A stretch of DNA of 64,000 nucleotides from Geopsychrobacteraceae bacterium (GTDB lineage Bacteria; Desulfobacterota; Desulfuromonadia; Desulfuromonadales; Geopsychrobacteraceae). The notes beneath the pieces were generated by a model, which was not told where the DNA came from, did not search any database, and saw nothing but the letters and a program-made list of their open reading frames with translations. A program made the translations under genes and the position numbers. This document shows, piece by piece, positions 46,365 to 55,340 of this stretch. The stretch lies in NCBI GenBank assembly GCA_963662315.1, contig OY759353.1:1408001-1472000 (forward strand), given 5' to 3'. Each line of letters begins with the position of its first letter. The first letter of the stretch is position 1.

Positions 46365-47157
46365 CAGTATCTTCTCCCAGATAGGCTTCGATGACTTTAG
46401 GATTATCCTTGATCTGCTGCGGGCTTCCTTCGGCAATCTTTTTCCCGTATTCCATGACAAAGATCGGATTGGAGATATGCATAACCAACTTCATGTCATG
46501 CTCAATCAGCAGGATAGCGATATTCTCTTCCTCGCTGATACGGCAAATCAGGCTATCCAGCTCTGCCGTTTCCTGGGGATTCATCCCTGCGGCAGGTTCA
46601 TCAAGCAGCAACAGGAACGGATCTGTCGCCATCGCCCGGGCGATTTCCAGGCGCCGCTGAGCTCCATATGGAAGATTTTTGGAAAATTCATTAGCCAAAT
46701 CGCCCAATCCGACCTTTTCCAGCAGTTGGTAGCTTCTCTCTACAGTTTCCTGTTCTTCTTCGCGTACACTTTTACCCCGCACAATGGAACGGAAAATACC
46801 TGCAGTCGTACGACAATGACGCCCAATCATGACATTTTCCAGAACTGTCATATCAGGAAACAGGCGAATATTCTGAAATGTCCTGGCTAAGCCCATTTCG
46901 GTCACTTTATTCGGCTTCAAACCATTAAGACGCCGCGTTGGCAGCCCCTTGGGGTGCAACAGAATATCCCCTTTGGTTGGGCAATATATCCCGGTAACAC
47001 AATTGAAAAAAGTGGTTTTCCCAGCTCCGTTGGGGCCGATCAATGCAGCAATCTCACCTTCGTGAACTTCCAGCGACACCCCGTCTACGGCACGTAAGCC
47101 GCCGAAATCCATGGTCAGCCCTTTGACCTCGAGCAATTTATGTTTCTTATCAGTCAT
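46357..47157 (-). CDS. livG: Branched-chain amino acid ABC transporter ATPase
   Basis: FGGLRAV, GPNGAGKTT, ARTFQNIRLF, LPYGAQRRLEIARA, VIEAYLG. Confidence 0.95.
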   Translation of the reverse strand: MTDKKHKLLEVKGLTMDFGGLRAVDGVSLEVHEGEIAALIGPNGAGKTTFFNCVTGIYCPTKGDILLHPKGLPTRRLNGLKPNKVTEMGLARTFQNIRLFPDMTVLENVMIGRHCRTTAGIFRSIVRGKSVREEEQETVERSYQLLEKVGLGDLANEFSKNLPYGAQRRLEIARAMATDPFLLLLDEPAAGMNPQETAELDSLICRISEEENIAILLIEHDMKLVMHISNPIFVMEYGKKIAEGSPQQIKDNPKVIEAYLGEDTDA

Positions 47158-48583
47158 CGGACTTCTCCTTCGAACCTTTATATTGATAGGTCTGGCGAAG
47201 GTTACTGATCAGACCCTGTGGCCGGAAAATCATCATTAACGTCATGGCAGCACCAAAAGCGAGCATCCGGTATTCGGAGAAAGCACGCAGATATTCAGGC
47301 AGTAGTATCAGAATAAAGGCTCCCAGAATAACCCCAAGAATTGAGCCCATACCGCCAAGCACAACAATGGACAGAACGATTGCAGATTCCATAAAAGTGA
47401 AACTGGAGGGATTGATAAAGGTGGTTTTAGCGGCAAACAGGACACCAACCATCCCAGCCCAGAAGGCCCCTAACGCATAAGCCGACAATTTGGTTCTGGC
47501 CATGTCAATGCCCATGGCAACGCAGGCAATTTCATCTTCACGCAAGGCAATCCAGGCACGCCCGACACGACTGTTTTTAAGACGATTGGTCACCAGAATG
47601 GTAAACACCACCAGGGCAATCATAATGTAGTAAATATAGGTGGTCGATCCGTCCAGAGAAAGATTAATACCAAACAGACCGGGCTTGTCGATATTGGCGA
47701 TACCGCTCGGGCCAAAAGACAGTTCATCCCAGTTCTCCATAACGACCTTGAATATCATGCCAAATCCAAGGGTCACAATGGCCAGGTAATCGCCCCGCAA
47801 CCGCAGAATCGGAAAACCGAGAATAACTCCAAACAAACATCCGATGATCCCGCCGATCGGCAAAGTTACCCAGAACCCCAAACCAAAATGGTGATTGAGT
47901 AACGCATAGGAGTAAGCGCCAATGCCAAAAAAAGCAACATAGCCAAGATCAAGCAGCCCGGCAAGCCCGACCGTCAGATTTAATCCCAACCCAAGCACGA
48001 CATAGATCAAGGCCGAAATCATAATGTTGCTCTGATAAGTATCGACAACCAGAGGGAAAATAAGTGCGATAACGAGTATCGTTAATTGGGCACGGATTCG
48101 GAAATTCTCGTTCTCCAGCAACTGCATGCGTGGTTTGTCAGACACGGCCTCAGAAATTTTGGCGAAGCGTCCAACCCCCTTCAGATACTGAACTTTGCGA
48201 ATAGCAACGGCAAGCGCAAAAAAGAACAGAAAAAACAGGAGCACATAAAGCCAGACCGCATACACCCCATAAACAACAACTGGAACAATCTGCAGTGCGG
48301 TCAGCAGCAACACCATGAAGCTGTTCTGGCATAGAGAATCTTTTCTGATCAGTTCCTGAAGACCAGCATGGGCAGCGATCGTCTTTTCTTTCATGGCCTG
48401 ACGTCGCATTAAAAAACGCCAGAAATAAGACAGAATAAAAGATTCGTATGCAACCCAGATCAGGCTGGCCCAGCGCCAGGTCACAAGTTGGTCCGAGGTA
48501 TTGACCCGGACCACCATCAGCGGGAAGGTGAGAAATACAAACCAGACAGCGACATATACAGAACGTTTAAAATTATCCAGCAT
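47150..48583 (-). CDS. livM: Branched-chain amino acid ABC transporter permease
   Basis: GLAGLLDLGY, LRLRGDYLAIVTLGFG, GRAWIALREDE, RPQGL. Confidence 0.93.
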   Translation of the reverse strand: MLDNFKRSVYVAVWFVFLTFPLMVVRVNTSDQLVTWRWASLIWVAYESFILSYFWRFLMRRQAMKEKTIAAHAGLQELIRKDSLCQNSFMVLLLTALQIVPVVVYGVYAVWLYVLLFFLFFFALAVAIRKVQYLKGVGRFAKISEAVSDKPRMQLLENENFRIRAQLTILVIALIFPLVVDTYQSNIMISALIYVVLGLGLNLTVGLAGLLDLGYVAFFGIGAYSYALLNHHFGLGFWVTLPIGGIIGCLFGVILGFPILRLRGDYLAIVTLGFGMIFKVVMENWDELSFGPSGIANIDKPGLFGINLSLDGSTTYIYYIMIALVVFTILVTNRLKNSRVGRAWIALREDEIACVAMGIDMARTKLSAYALGAFWAGMVGVLFAAKTTFINPSSFTFMESAIVLSIVVLGGMGSILGVILGAFILILLPEYLRAFSEYRMLAFGAAMTLMMIFRPQGLISNLRQTYQYKGSKEKSDD

Positions 48584-48595
48584 CTGCAGCCTCCT

Positions 48596-49498
48596 TTAAA
48601 CTTTCTGCTTGGTCGCCTTGCCGAGAATACCCGCAGGGCGCAAAATAAGAATCAGAACCAGCAAGGCAAAGGTAAACAAATCCTCATAATCACTGGAGAG
48701 ATATCCGGCAGCAAAGCTCTCGGCCCATCCGAGAACCAGTCCACCAAGAACGGCACCGGCAATTGATCCGATACCACCAAGGACCGCGGCAGTAAAAGCC
48801 TTTACCCCGGCCATAAAACCAATATAAAAGTTGACCTGACCAATATAAGAGGCGACCAACACCCCTCCAAGAGCAGCCAGGGCAGAACCAATAACAAAAG
48901 TCAGAGAAATAATCCGATCAACATTTATTCCTACCAGGCGCGCCATATTCATATCCTGCTGCGTAGCGCGCATCGCTTTACCAATTTTGGTTTTTTTAAT
49001 CAGAAGCGTTAACAGAATCATGGTGATCAATGTCGTCACCAGGATAACCAGCTCCGGAGAACCGATGATATGTGCGACCGGTTCCATGAAATCAAAATCG
49101 GGGATTAAATTAGGGAAAGGGAGAAAGTCAGAGGTCTGCACCAGCAACACATAATTCTGCAGAAAAATTGACATCCCAATGGCACTGATTAATGGTGACA
49201 GCCGCGGCGCTCCACGCAACGGTCGGTACGCAATTTTTTCCAGGGTATATCCATAAGCACTGGCCCAGATAATAGCCGCAATTGCGGCAATTATCAGAAC
49301 GGATACGCCAGAAAAACCATAAATGGTACAAACTCCAGCTACAATCAAAGCGACGAAGGCGCCGATCATATAAATTTCACCATGGGCGAAATTTATCAGC
49401 TGAATAATGCCATAAACCATGGTGTAACCAAGTGCTATGAGAGCATAGATACTCCCCCTGGTTAAACCACTGAGAAAGAGTTCAAGGAAATAATCCAT
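48596..49498 (-). CDS. livH: Branched-chain amino acid ABC transporter permease
   Basis: YALIALGYTMVYG..INFAHGE, KAFTAAVLGGIGS. Confidence 0.95.
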   Translation of the reverse strand: MDYFLELFLSGLTRGSIYALIALGYTMVYGIIQLINFAHGEIYMIGAFVALIVAGVCTIYGFSGVSVLIIAAIAAIIWASAYGYTLEKIAYRPLRGAPRLSPLISAIGMSIFLQNYVLLVQTSDFLPFPNLIPDFDFMEPVAHIIGSPELVILVTTLITMILLTLLIKKTKIGKAMRATQQDMNMARLVGINVDRIISLTFVIGSALAALGGVLVASYIGQVNFYIGFMAGVKAFTAAVLGGIGSIAGAVLGGLVLGWAESFAAGYLSSDYEDLFTFALLVLILILRPAGILGKATKQKV

Positions 49499-49593
49499 AA
49501 CCTGACCTTATCAGAAAATTGTCACGCAACAGTAATTACGTGTCAGAGTTCCTTACCAATAGATGCAATAAATTCCAGCCTTACATAACACAT

Positions 49594-49623
49594 CAGGGGA
49601 CTGGTAAACACCAGCCCCCTGAC
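49594..49623 (-). terminator. Hairpin between livK and livH (partial terminator or mRNA stabiliser)
   Basis: TCAGGGGACTGGT-aaac-ACCAGCCCCCTGA inverted repeat. Confidence 0.5.
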
Positions 49624-49672
49624 AGAGTTAAACAGTGCAAAAAAAGAAAGTTTCAGACATGACGCAAAAATA

Positions 49673-50788
49673 TTATTTCATTTCAACGAATGCGCCATTT
49701 TTGACGTTATAAACAGTAAAACCAACACCTTCCGCGTCACCTTTACTGTCAAATTTGATTTTTCCGACCGGCGTATCAACATACTGAGTCCGCAAGGCCT
49801 CAACAACCTTGGCGTAGTCAGTAGAACCGGCTTTTTCCACGGCATTCAGCAGGGCCAGTGCAGCAGCATAACCTTCCTGAAAGAAAGCACCCGGATCAGC
49901 ACCATATTCTGCTTTAAATTCAGCAATGGCTTCCTTGTTAAGTGGATTGTTGGAAAGGTCGAGAGGCCCGGTCATGTATGCACCTTCGGCAGACTCGCCT
50001 GCAACCTTCAGGAAGCTATCGTCCTTAACCCCGTCATCAGAAACAAAAAGAGTGTCCATCCGCTTACGTTTCATCTGGGCAACGAGTTTGGATGCTTCCG
50101 GGTGATAACCACCCCACAACAGGACCTCTGCTTTTTCACGACGAACTTTCTGAATGATGGATGAATAATCCATGGCACCAGGAGTAATCCCCTCAAAAAG
50201 AACGATTTCAGCTTTACCTGATTGTTCAATAAACTGCTTAGCGAACTCAGCAAAACCCTTGCCATAATCACCCTTATCATGCAGCACGGCGATTTTGGTT
50301 TTGCCCAGTTTGTTGATAATAAACTCAACCGCAAGCTTAGCCTGCATATCATCAGAAGCGATGGTACGGAAGAAGTTGGGGTATTCACCACTCTGAGTCA
50401 GTGGAGGACTGGTCGCAGAAGGAGACATGACCGGAATATTGGCTTCTTTGTAAATCCCCAGAGCAGCTCTGGTCGCGCCCGAACAAATATGGCCCAGCAC
50501 GACATTCGCACCATCCGTAACCAGTTTCGTCGCCGTATTGGTTGCGATTTCAGGTTTGCACTGATCGTCCTGAATCAATAATTCAACCTGTTTCCCCAGG
50601 ATACCGCCGTTGGCATTAATCTTTTTAACGACCAGTTGGGCGGCGCGCATAGCAGGAATGCCATAAGGGGCAAGGTCACCACTGTGAGGACCAGCAACAC
50701 CAAGTTTAATGGTATCCGCAGAGAATCCGGGAACAGCCACACCCAGCACCAAGGCCAGACCGATGAAACACTTTGAAAGCAACTTCAT
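49673..50788 (-). CDS. livK: Branched-chain amino acid ABC transporter substrate-binding protein
   Basis: Signal peptide; INANGGILG, DDQCKP, GHICSG, FFRTI; ATG 50788 after GGAGG. Confidence 0.92.
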   Translation of the reverse strand: MKLLSKCFIGLALVLGVAVPGFSADTIKLGVAGPHSGDLAPYGIPAMRAAQLVVKKINANGGILGKQVELLIQDDQCKPEIATNTATKLVTDGANVVLGHICSGATRAALGIYKEANIPVMSPSATSPPLTQSGEYPNFFRTIASDDMQAKLAVEFIINKLGKTKIAVLHDKGDYGKGFAEFAKQFIEQSGKAEIVLFEGITPGAMDYSSIIQKVRREKAEVLLWGGYHPEASKLVAQMKRKRMDTLFVSDDGVKDDSFLKVAGESAEGAYMTGPLDLSNNPLNKEAIAEFKAEYGADPGAFFQEGYAAALALLNAVEKAGSTDYAKVVEALRTQYVDTPVGKIKFDSKGDAEGVGFTVYNVKNGAFVEMK

Positions 50789-50971
50789 GAAAATGCCTCC
50801 TGATAAGAAGTTTAAGAAAGGAAAAACAAGCACCAGTTTAGGAGCCAGCAAGTAACAACTCCTGAAAACGAATCAAGAACAGAGTTTTAATACATCACAA
50901 TACGCTAAAAGAACAAATTATCAAAATTATGTTAACTCAGGGTTAACTATGCTGTCCCCCAAAAGCTCTTG

Positions 50972-51919
50972 TCAAGGTTCTACTTTGACCTGAGAACGCA
51001 TTTCTTTCATCATTTCATTAATTTTGGACTGACTTGCAACCAGCCGGGCCAGCCGTTGCAACTCCAAATAAAACTGTTCCATCTCGTCATGACCGACAAC
51101 GCTGCCGATGGAAGAAAAAGCTTTTTCGACCTGTGCGGCACCAAAGGTCCCGAGATAGGTCCCGGCAATGGTTTTCAAAGAATTAAGGACAAACTGTTTA
51201 CGCCGTTCACTCTGCTGTTGATTCTGGTTAACAACTTCACGTTCCTTACCGTTCTGCTCATCAAGCAGGGCCTGGCGAACACGCTGCCAGATAGGATGTA
51301 AATCCGCTGAAGCCATCAGATCAGCCAGAATCAACTGGTCAACTGACTGAACTTCTAGGATGTCTATTCGGCTATCAGGGTCGAGGGCCACCGACTTGCT
51401 CAAGTCCGCTTCCACCTCGATATCTTTTCCTTTATCATGAAAAAATCCCAGCGGGTATCCATGATCAAAAAAGATCAGCGAACAGCGCTCCGGCGAATAA
51501 ACGCGTAAACAAGCAGTGGTCTCGTTCTCCTTCAGATAATCGAGAAGCGCCTTAACATCAAAATGTTGCAAATCCTTTTGCTGCTGAAGATAGCGACCAT
51601 GAAGCAGAACATGGACATAAGGGACCAGATCAGCCGCAACCCGATAGATGTTCAGAGAGGCAAACCCGCGAATTGATAGTTCAAAAATACGTGCAATTGC
51701 ATCGTAAGCGATCAGTCTTAACTTTTGATCGGGAGAAACAAAGATCGAACTTATCAGCTGACCATCCTTAAAAAGAACAACGCCATCCCCGAAGTCAGAA
51801 GTAAACATCAGGTAACCGGAAAAATCACCGCCGCGCAACTTCCCCATGGCTTCAGGCAGGTTGATTCTGGCGGGATTGACATTTTGCCCGACCGGCAGAC
51901 CTTTAGGTAGACGAATCAT
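50972..51919 (-). CDS. Conserved hypothetical protein (duplicated DUF2226/DUF4388-like domains)
   Basis: 315-aa ORF, FSGYL..GVVLF..G pattern repeated; own promoter upstream. Confidence 0.6.
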   Translation of the reverse strand: MIRLPKGLPVGQNVNPARINLPEAMGKLRGGDFSGYLMFTSDFGDGVVLFKDGQLISSIFVSPDQKLRLIAYDAIARIFELSIRGFASLNIYRVAADLVPYVHVLLHGRYLQQQKDLQHFDVKALLDYLKENETTACLRVYSPERCSLIFFDHGYPLGFFHDKGKDIEVEADLSKSVALDPDSRIDILEVQSVDQLILADLMASADLHPIWQRVRQALLDEQNGKEREVVNQNQQQSERRKQFVLNSLKTIAGTYLGTFGAAQVEKAFSSIGSVVGHDEMEQFYLELQRLARLVASQSKINEMMKEMRSQVKVEP

Positions 51920-51955
51920 GGTCTTTTACAGCGCTCCAGAAAAGAAATTTTTCCA

Positions 51956-51984
51956 AATGTAAGAATAATCAGACAATCTGTCAA
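51956..51984 (-). promoter_or_regulatory. sigma70-type promoter
   Basis: Minus strand TTGACA-N17-TACATT. Confidence 0.6.
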
Positions 51985-52010
51985 CATAACATCTTTACCT
52001 GCTCAGAAGA

Positions 52011-53936
52011 TCAGAATGCAGACTCCTGCAGCTGCTCCCATTGGTCATATGCTTTCTCAAGCCTATCTTTCAGTTTTACATGCTGCACGGAAACATCTCG
52101 CCAGCGCTCCTGATCCTGATACAGCTCCGGATCTGCCATGGTTTGCTCTAGCCCGGCCAGCTCCCCTTCCAATAGTTCTATCCGGCCTTCAACTTCAGCG
52201 AGTTCACGCAAACGTTTTTGCTCTTTGCGCTGTTTTTCCTTGCGTGTCTGATGCTCCAGAATCCTGGTTTCCTTATCGGCAACCGGTGCCATCTCTGACT
52301 TGGTCAGCTGCTGTTCTACCCGCTGGATACTGTGACTGCTGTCCCCAAGAGACTGTTTGGCGCGCAGAAAATCTTCATAATTACCAAAAAAAGATTCAAC
52401 CTTGCCGTGACCGACTTCAAGCACCCGGGTCGCCAACTCATCGACAAAGTAGCGGTCGTGAGAAACGAAGATAATCGTTCCCTTATATTTTTTCAAAGCT
52501 TCAAGTAAAATTTCCTTAGAGTGCAGATCAAGGTGGTTGGTCGGTTCGTCAAGCAGCAGCAGATTGGCAGGCCGCAATAACAGTTTGGCGAGAGCCAGCC
52601 GGTTTCGCTCCCCGCCGGAGAGCACTCGTACAGGCTTTTCAATATCATCGCCTGAAAAAAGAAACGAACCGAGTATATTCCTCAGCTTCGGCACCATCGC
52701 CACAGGCGCATCAGCAGATAACTCGCTATAAACATCTCTGGTGGGGTTCAGCTCGGCCGCCTGATCCTGAGCAAAATAAGCCAGAGCCAGATTATGCCCC
52801 TCTTTCCGCACCCCGGACACAGGTTGTTCAACACCCGACAACAAACGCATCAGGGTAGACTTCCCAGCGCCATTGGGTCCAACCAGAGCAACACGCTCCC
52901 CCTGCTCAACAAGGACATCTACCTGGTCCAGTACGGTAAGTAATCCGTAACGCTGCACCGCTTTTTCAAGTTCAATGGCAGTCCGTCCTCCCTTGGGAGG
53001 CGTTGGAAACTGAAAAGCGATTTTTTTCCGTTCCGGCGGTAGTGAAATACGTTCAATTTTCTCCAGCTGCTTAATCCGGCTTTGCACCTGGGATGCCTTA
53101 TTGGCCTGGTAGCGGAAGCGATTTATGAAAGCTTCAACCCGCGCGATTTCCTCATCCTGCTGAAGTTTAGCCGCTTTCAGCGCTGCCACACGTTCATCCC
53201 TGGCCGTAATATAACGACTGTAGTTGCCAGGATATTCAGTGAGCTCACCGTTCCAGATTTCGACAATGCGTCCGACAACGCGATCAAGAAAATAACGATC
53301 GTGAGAAACCAGGACCACACCATGAGGATAATTGGACAGATAATCTTCAAGCCAGTCACGGGCCGGCAGGTCAAGGTGGTTGGTCGGTTCATCAAGCAGT
53401 AACAGATTGGGCTGTTGCAACAGTAACTTGGCCAGAGCTATCCGCATCTGCCAGCCACCAGAAAATTTTTCACACGCCTTACCGAAATCAGTTTCACTGA
53501 ATCCCAGACCATGCAACACGCGGCCAACCTCGGATTCCATACGATAGCCGCCCCGCTGTTCAAACAGGCTTTGCAGTTCAGCATAACGTTCGAGTTCTTC
53601 ATTCGATGGCGAACTGGCTATCTGCGTTTCCAGTTGCCGCAACTCAGCTTCCATCTGCTGTAATTCAGCCAAGGCACTTTGAGCTTCAGCAAACAGACTG
53701 CGCCCTTTATGAACCAGTCCATCCTGGGGAAGATACCCAACAGTGGTCCCCTTGGCGGTCTGATAATGGCCGCCATCACTTTCAACCAGGCCCGCCAGTA
53801 ATTTAAGCAGGGTCGATTTACCAGCTCCGTTCTCACCACATAACCCGATTTTGTCCGTTGGTCGGATATGCCAGTTAATTCCGGCAAAAATACGCCGATC
53901 GGCAAAATACTTTTCAACATCTTTTAACTGCAGCAT
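52011..53936 (-). CDS. ABC-F family ribosome-associated ATPase
   Basis: Two ABC domains (GENGAGKST/FSGGWQMR/DEPTNHLD; GPNGAGKST/LSGGERNR), no TM, C-terminal coiled coil. Confidence 0.93.
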   Translation of the reverse strand: MLQLKDVEKYFADRRIFAGINWHIRPTDKIGLCGENGAGKSTLLKLLAGLVESDGGHYQTAKGTTVGYLPQDGLVHKGRSLFAEAQSALAELQQMEAELRQLETQIASSPSNEELERYAELQSLFEQRGGYRMESEVGRVLHGLGFSETDFGKACEKFSGGWQMRIALAKLLLQQPNLLLLDEPTNHLDLPARDWLEDYLSNYPHGVVLVSHDRYFLDRVVGRIVEIWNGELTEYPGNYSRYITARDERVAALKAAKLQQDEEIARVEAFINRFRYQANKASQVQSRIKQLEKIERISLPPERKKIAFQFPTPPKGGRTAIELEKAVQRYGLLTVLDQVDVLVEQGERVALVGPNGAGKSTLMRLLSGVEQPVSGVRKEGHNLALAYFAQDQAAELNPTRDVYSELSADAPVAMVPKLRNILGSFLFSGDDIEKPVRVLSGGERNRLALAKLLLRPANLLLLDEPTNHLDLHSKEILLEALKKYKGTIIFVSHDRYFVDELATRVLEVGHGKVESFFGNYEDFLRAKQSLGDSSHSIQRVEQQLTKSEMAPVADKETRILEHQTRKEKQRKEQKRLRELAEVEGRIELLEGELAGLEQTMADPELYQDQERWRDVSVQHVKLKDRLEKAYDQWEQLQESAF

Positions 53937-54011
53937 TAATTCTATCCCACTTTCTCAAATAAACGCAGATGGTTATAGCACATCAACGCCACTTAAAAAA
54001 AGCAGCTGAAT

Positions 54012-54046
54012 AAAAAAGAGGCTCTCACCTAGAGAACCTCTTTTTT
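54012..54046. terminator. Intrinsic terminator
   Basis: AAAAAAGAGG.TCTC ... GAGAACCTCTTTTTT inverted repeat. Confidence 0.7.
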
Positions 54047-54067
54047 AATTCATTCAACACAAACAGA

Positions 54068-54216
54068 TTAATCGTTCATCGAGTTGCAGATTTGGAAACG
54101 AGCAATTCTTCGCAAAGTCAGGAAAATCAAACTTTTGTGCTCAGTCGTAGTTCTTTACGCCGTACAAAGCAAAGACACAGATTGAGCAGGAATTGCGGTA
54201 TTCAGACAGAACCTAG
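54068..54216. repeat. About 150-bp structured intergenic element, possibly MITE/REP-like
   Basis: Nested imperfect hairpin 54102-54196; ends at CCTAG overlapping the upstream gene's stop. Confidence 0.35.
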
Positions 54217-54908
54217 GTGAAGTACCGCGTCATATAGACATCCGCCAACGCTGCAAGATTCTCTATCGACATGCGACTGTTGTTAAAAACCAAATGATAT
54301 AATCTGGAATCGTCCAGGTTGTCACAGGCAAAGCGTCTGACAAAATCATCGCGCTGTTTCTGATGCAGTTCTATATATCGTTTTGCCTCTTCTTCATCAA
54401 AGTTGTGCACCTTCATAATTTTCTGGCAACGGAAACTAAATGGTGCGACCAGACGAAGATGAATACAATTTGGCAAATCCTGGGTTACACAGGTTGCTCC
54501 GCGTCCAACCAGGATACAATTTCCCCGTTTGGCAAAACCACGAATGACTGCGCGCATGTGGGTAAAAACTTCTGTTTCTTCGGCAACCTTATGGTCAAGA
54601 AACATGGAGAAAATCGCTTTTAACGACGCTGGAGTATCCTGTGACTTCTCAATCTGATCAACCGGGTATCCAGACAATGTAGCAACTTCATCCAGAATCT
54701 GCCGTCCGATAACAACCCATGGTTCACCAGCAACCCGGGCGTTTAAACGCCGAGCCAATTCTTCCGCCAGAGGATAGGCCTGGCAGCCAAATTCTCTGGT
54801 AATCGTAAAACAGGGAGCAGGCTTATCTTTGTCGGCAATTGCCTGAATCTGATGCCAGGCGTGCAATTTTGCTTCAAGTTGCGGTGTCCAAAAACTTTTA
54901 ACAGCCAT
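54213..54908 (-). CDS. Cytidylate kinase-like family protein
   Basis: TITREFGC, GNCILVGRG, HLRLVAP, YHLVFN. Confidence 0.82.
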   Translation of the reverse strand: MAVKSFWTPQLEAKLHAWHQIQAIADKDKPAPCFTITREFGCQAYPLAEELARRLNARVAGEPWVVIGRQILDEVATLSGYPVDQIEKSQDTPASLKAIFSMFLDHKVAEETEVFTHMRAVIRGFAKRGNCILVGRGATCVTQDLPNCIHLRLVAPFSFRCQKIMKVHNFDEEEAKRYIELHQKQRDDFVRRFACDNLDDSRLYHLVFNNSRMSIENLAALADVYMTRYFT

Positions 54909-55340
54909 AGACGCCTCCTTTCCCGATTCGCCGTTGTGAGTGAAATGTGACGCTATATTAACAGTATAGCGAAGTTTCGCTATTTTTCTTAAAAACTCAA
55001 GAAGAAAGCAGATTCATGACCAAACATCAATGCGTGCGGCAGCCTGCACCAATAAAAATGAAGCTTTTTATAAAAAGTGAATATCACAAAAGATATTTCT
55101 CTGATATAGTTCGCAATTAACAGAGTTTTACTCGAGCCTCCGCCCTGTACAACGCGTTGAGGCCGGTTAAACATAGCAACACGAGTTTTGACCCCGGTAA
55201 CAAACAAGCAGTTACCGGCCAGTCGTCAATTAAAATTTCCGGAGAATGACAACAGGACCCCGCAACGGCGGAGAGGTCCACATTAGCGTTGTAATTCCGG
55301 CAGAACCCGCGATGATGCGGACAGAAAGGTTTGACAATTA

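Noticed and set aside
50930..50948. Dyad GTTAAC-N5-GTTAAC upstream of livK
   Set aside because: Short, single instance, and I cannot assign a regulator
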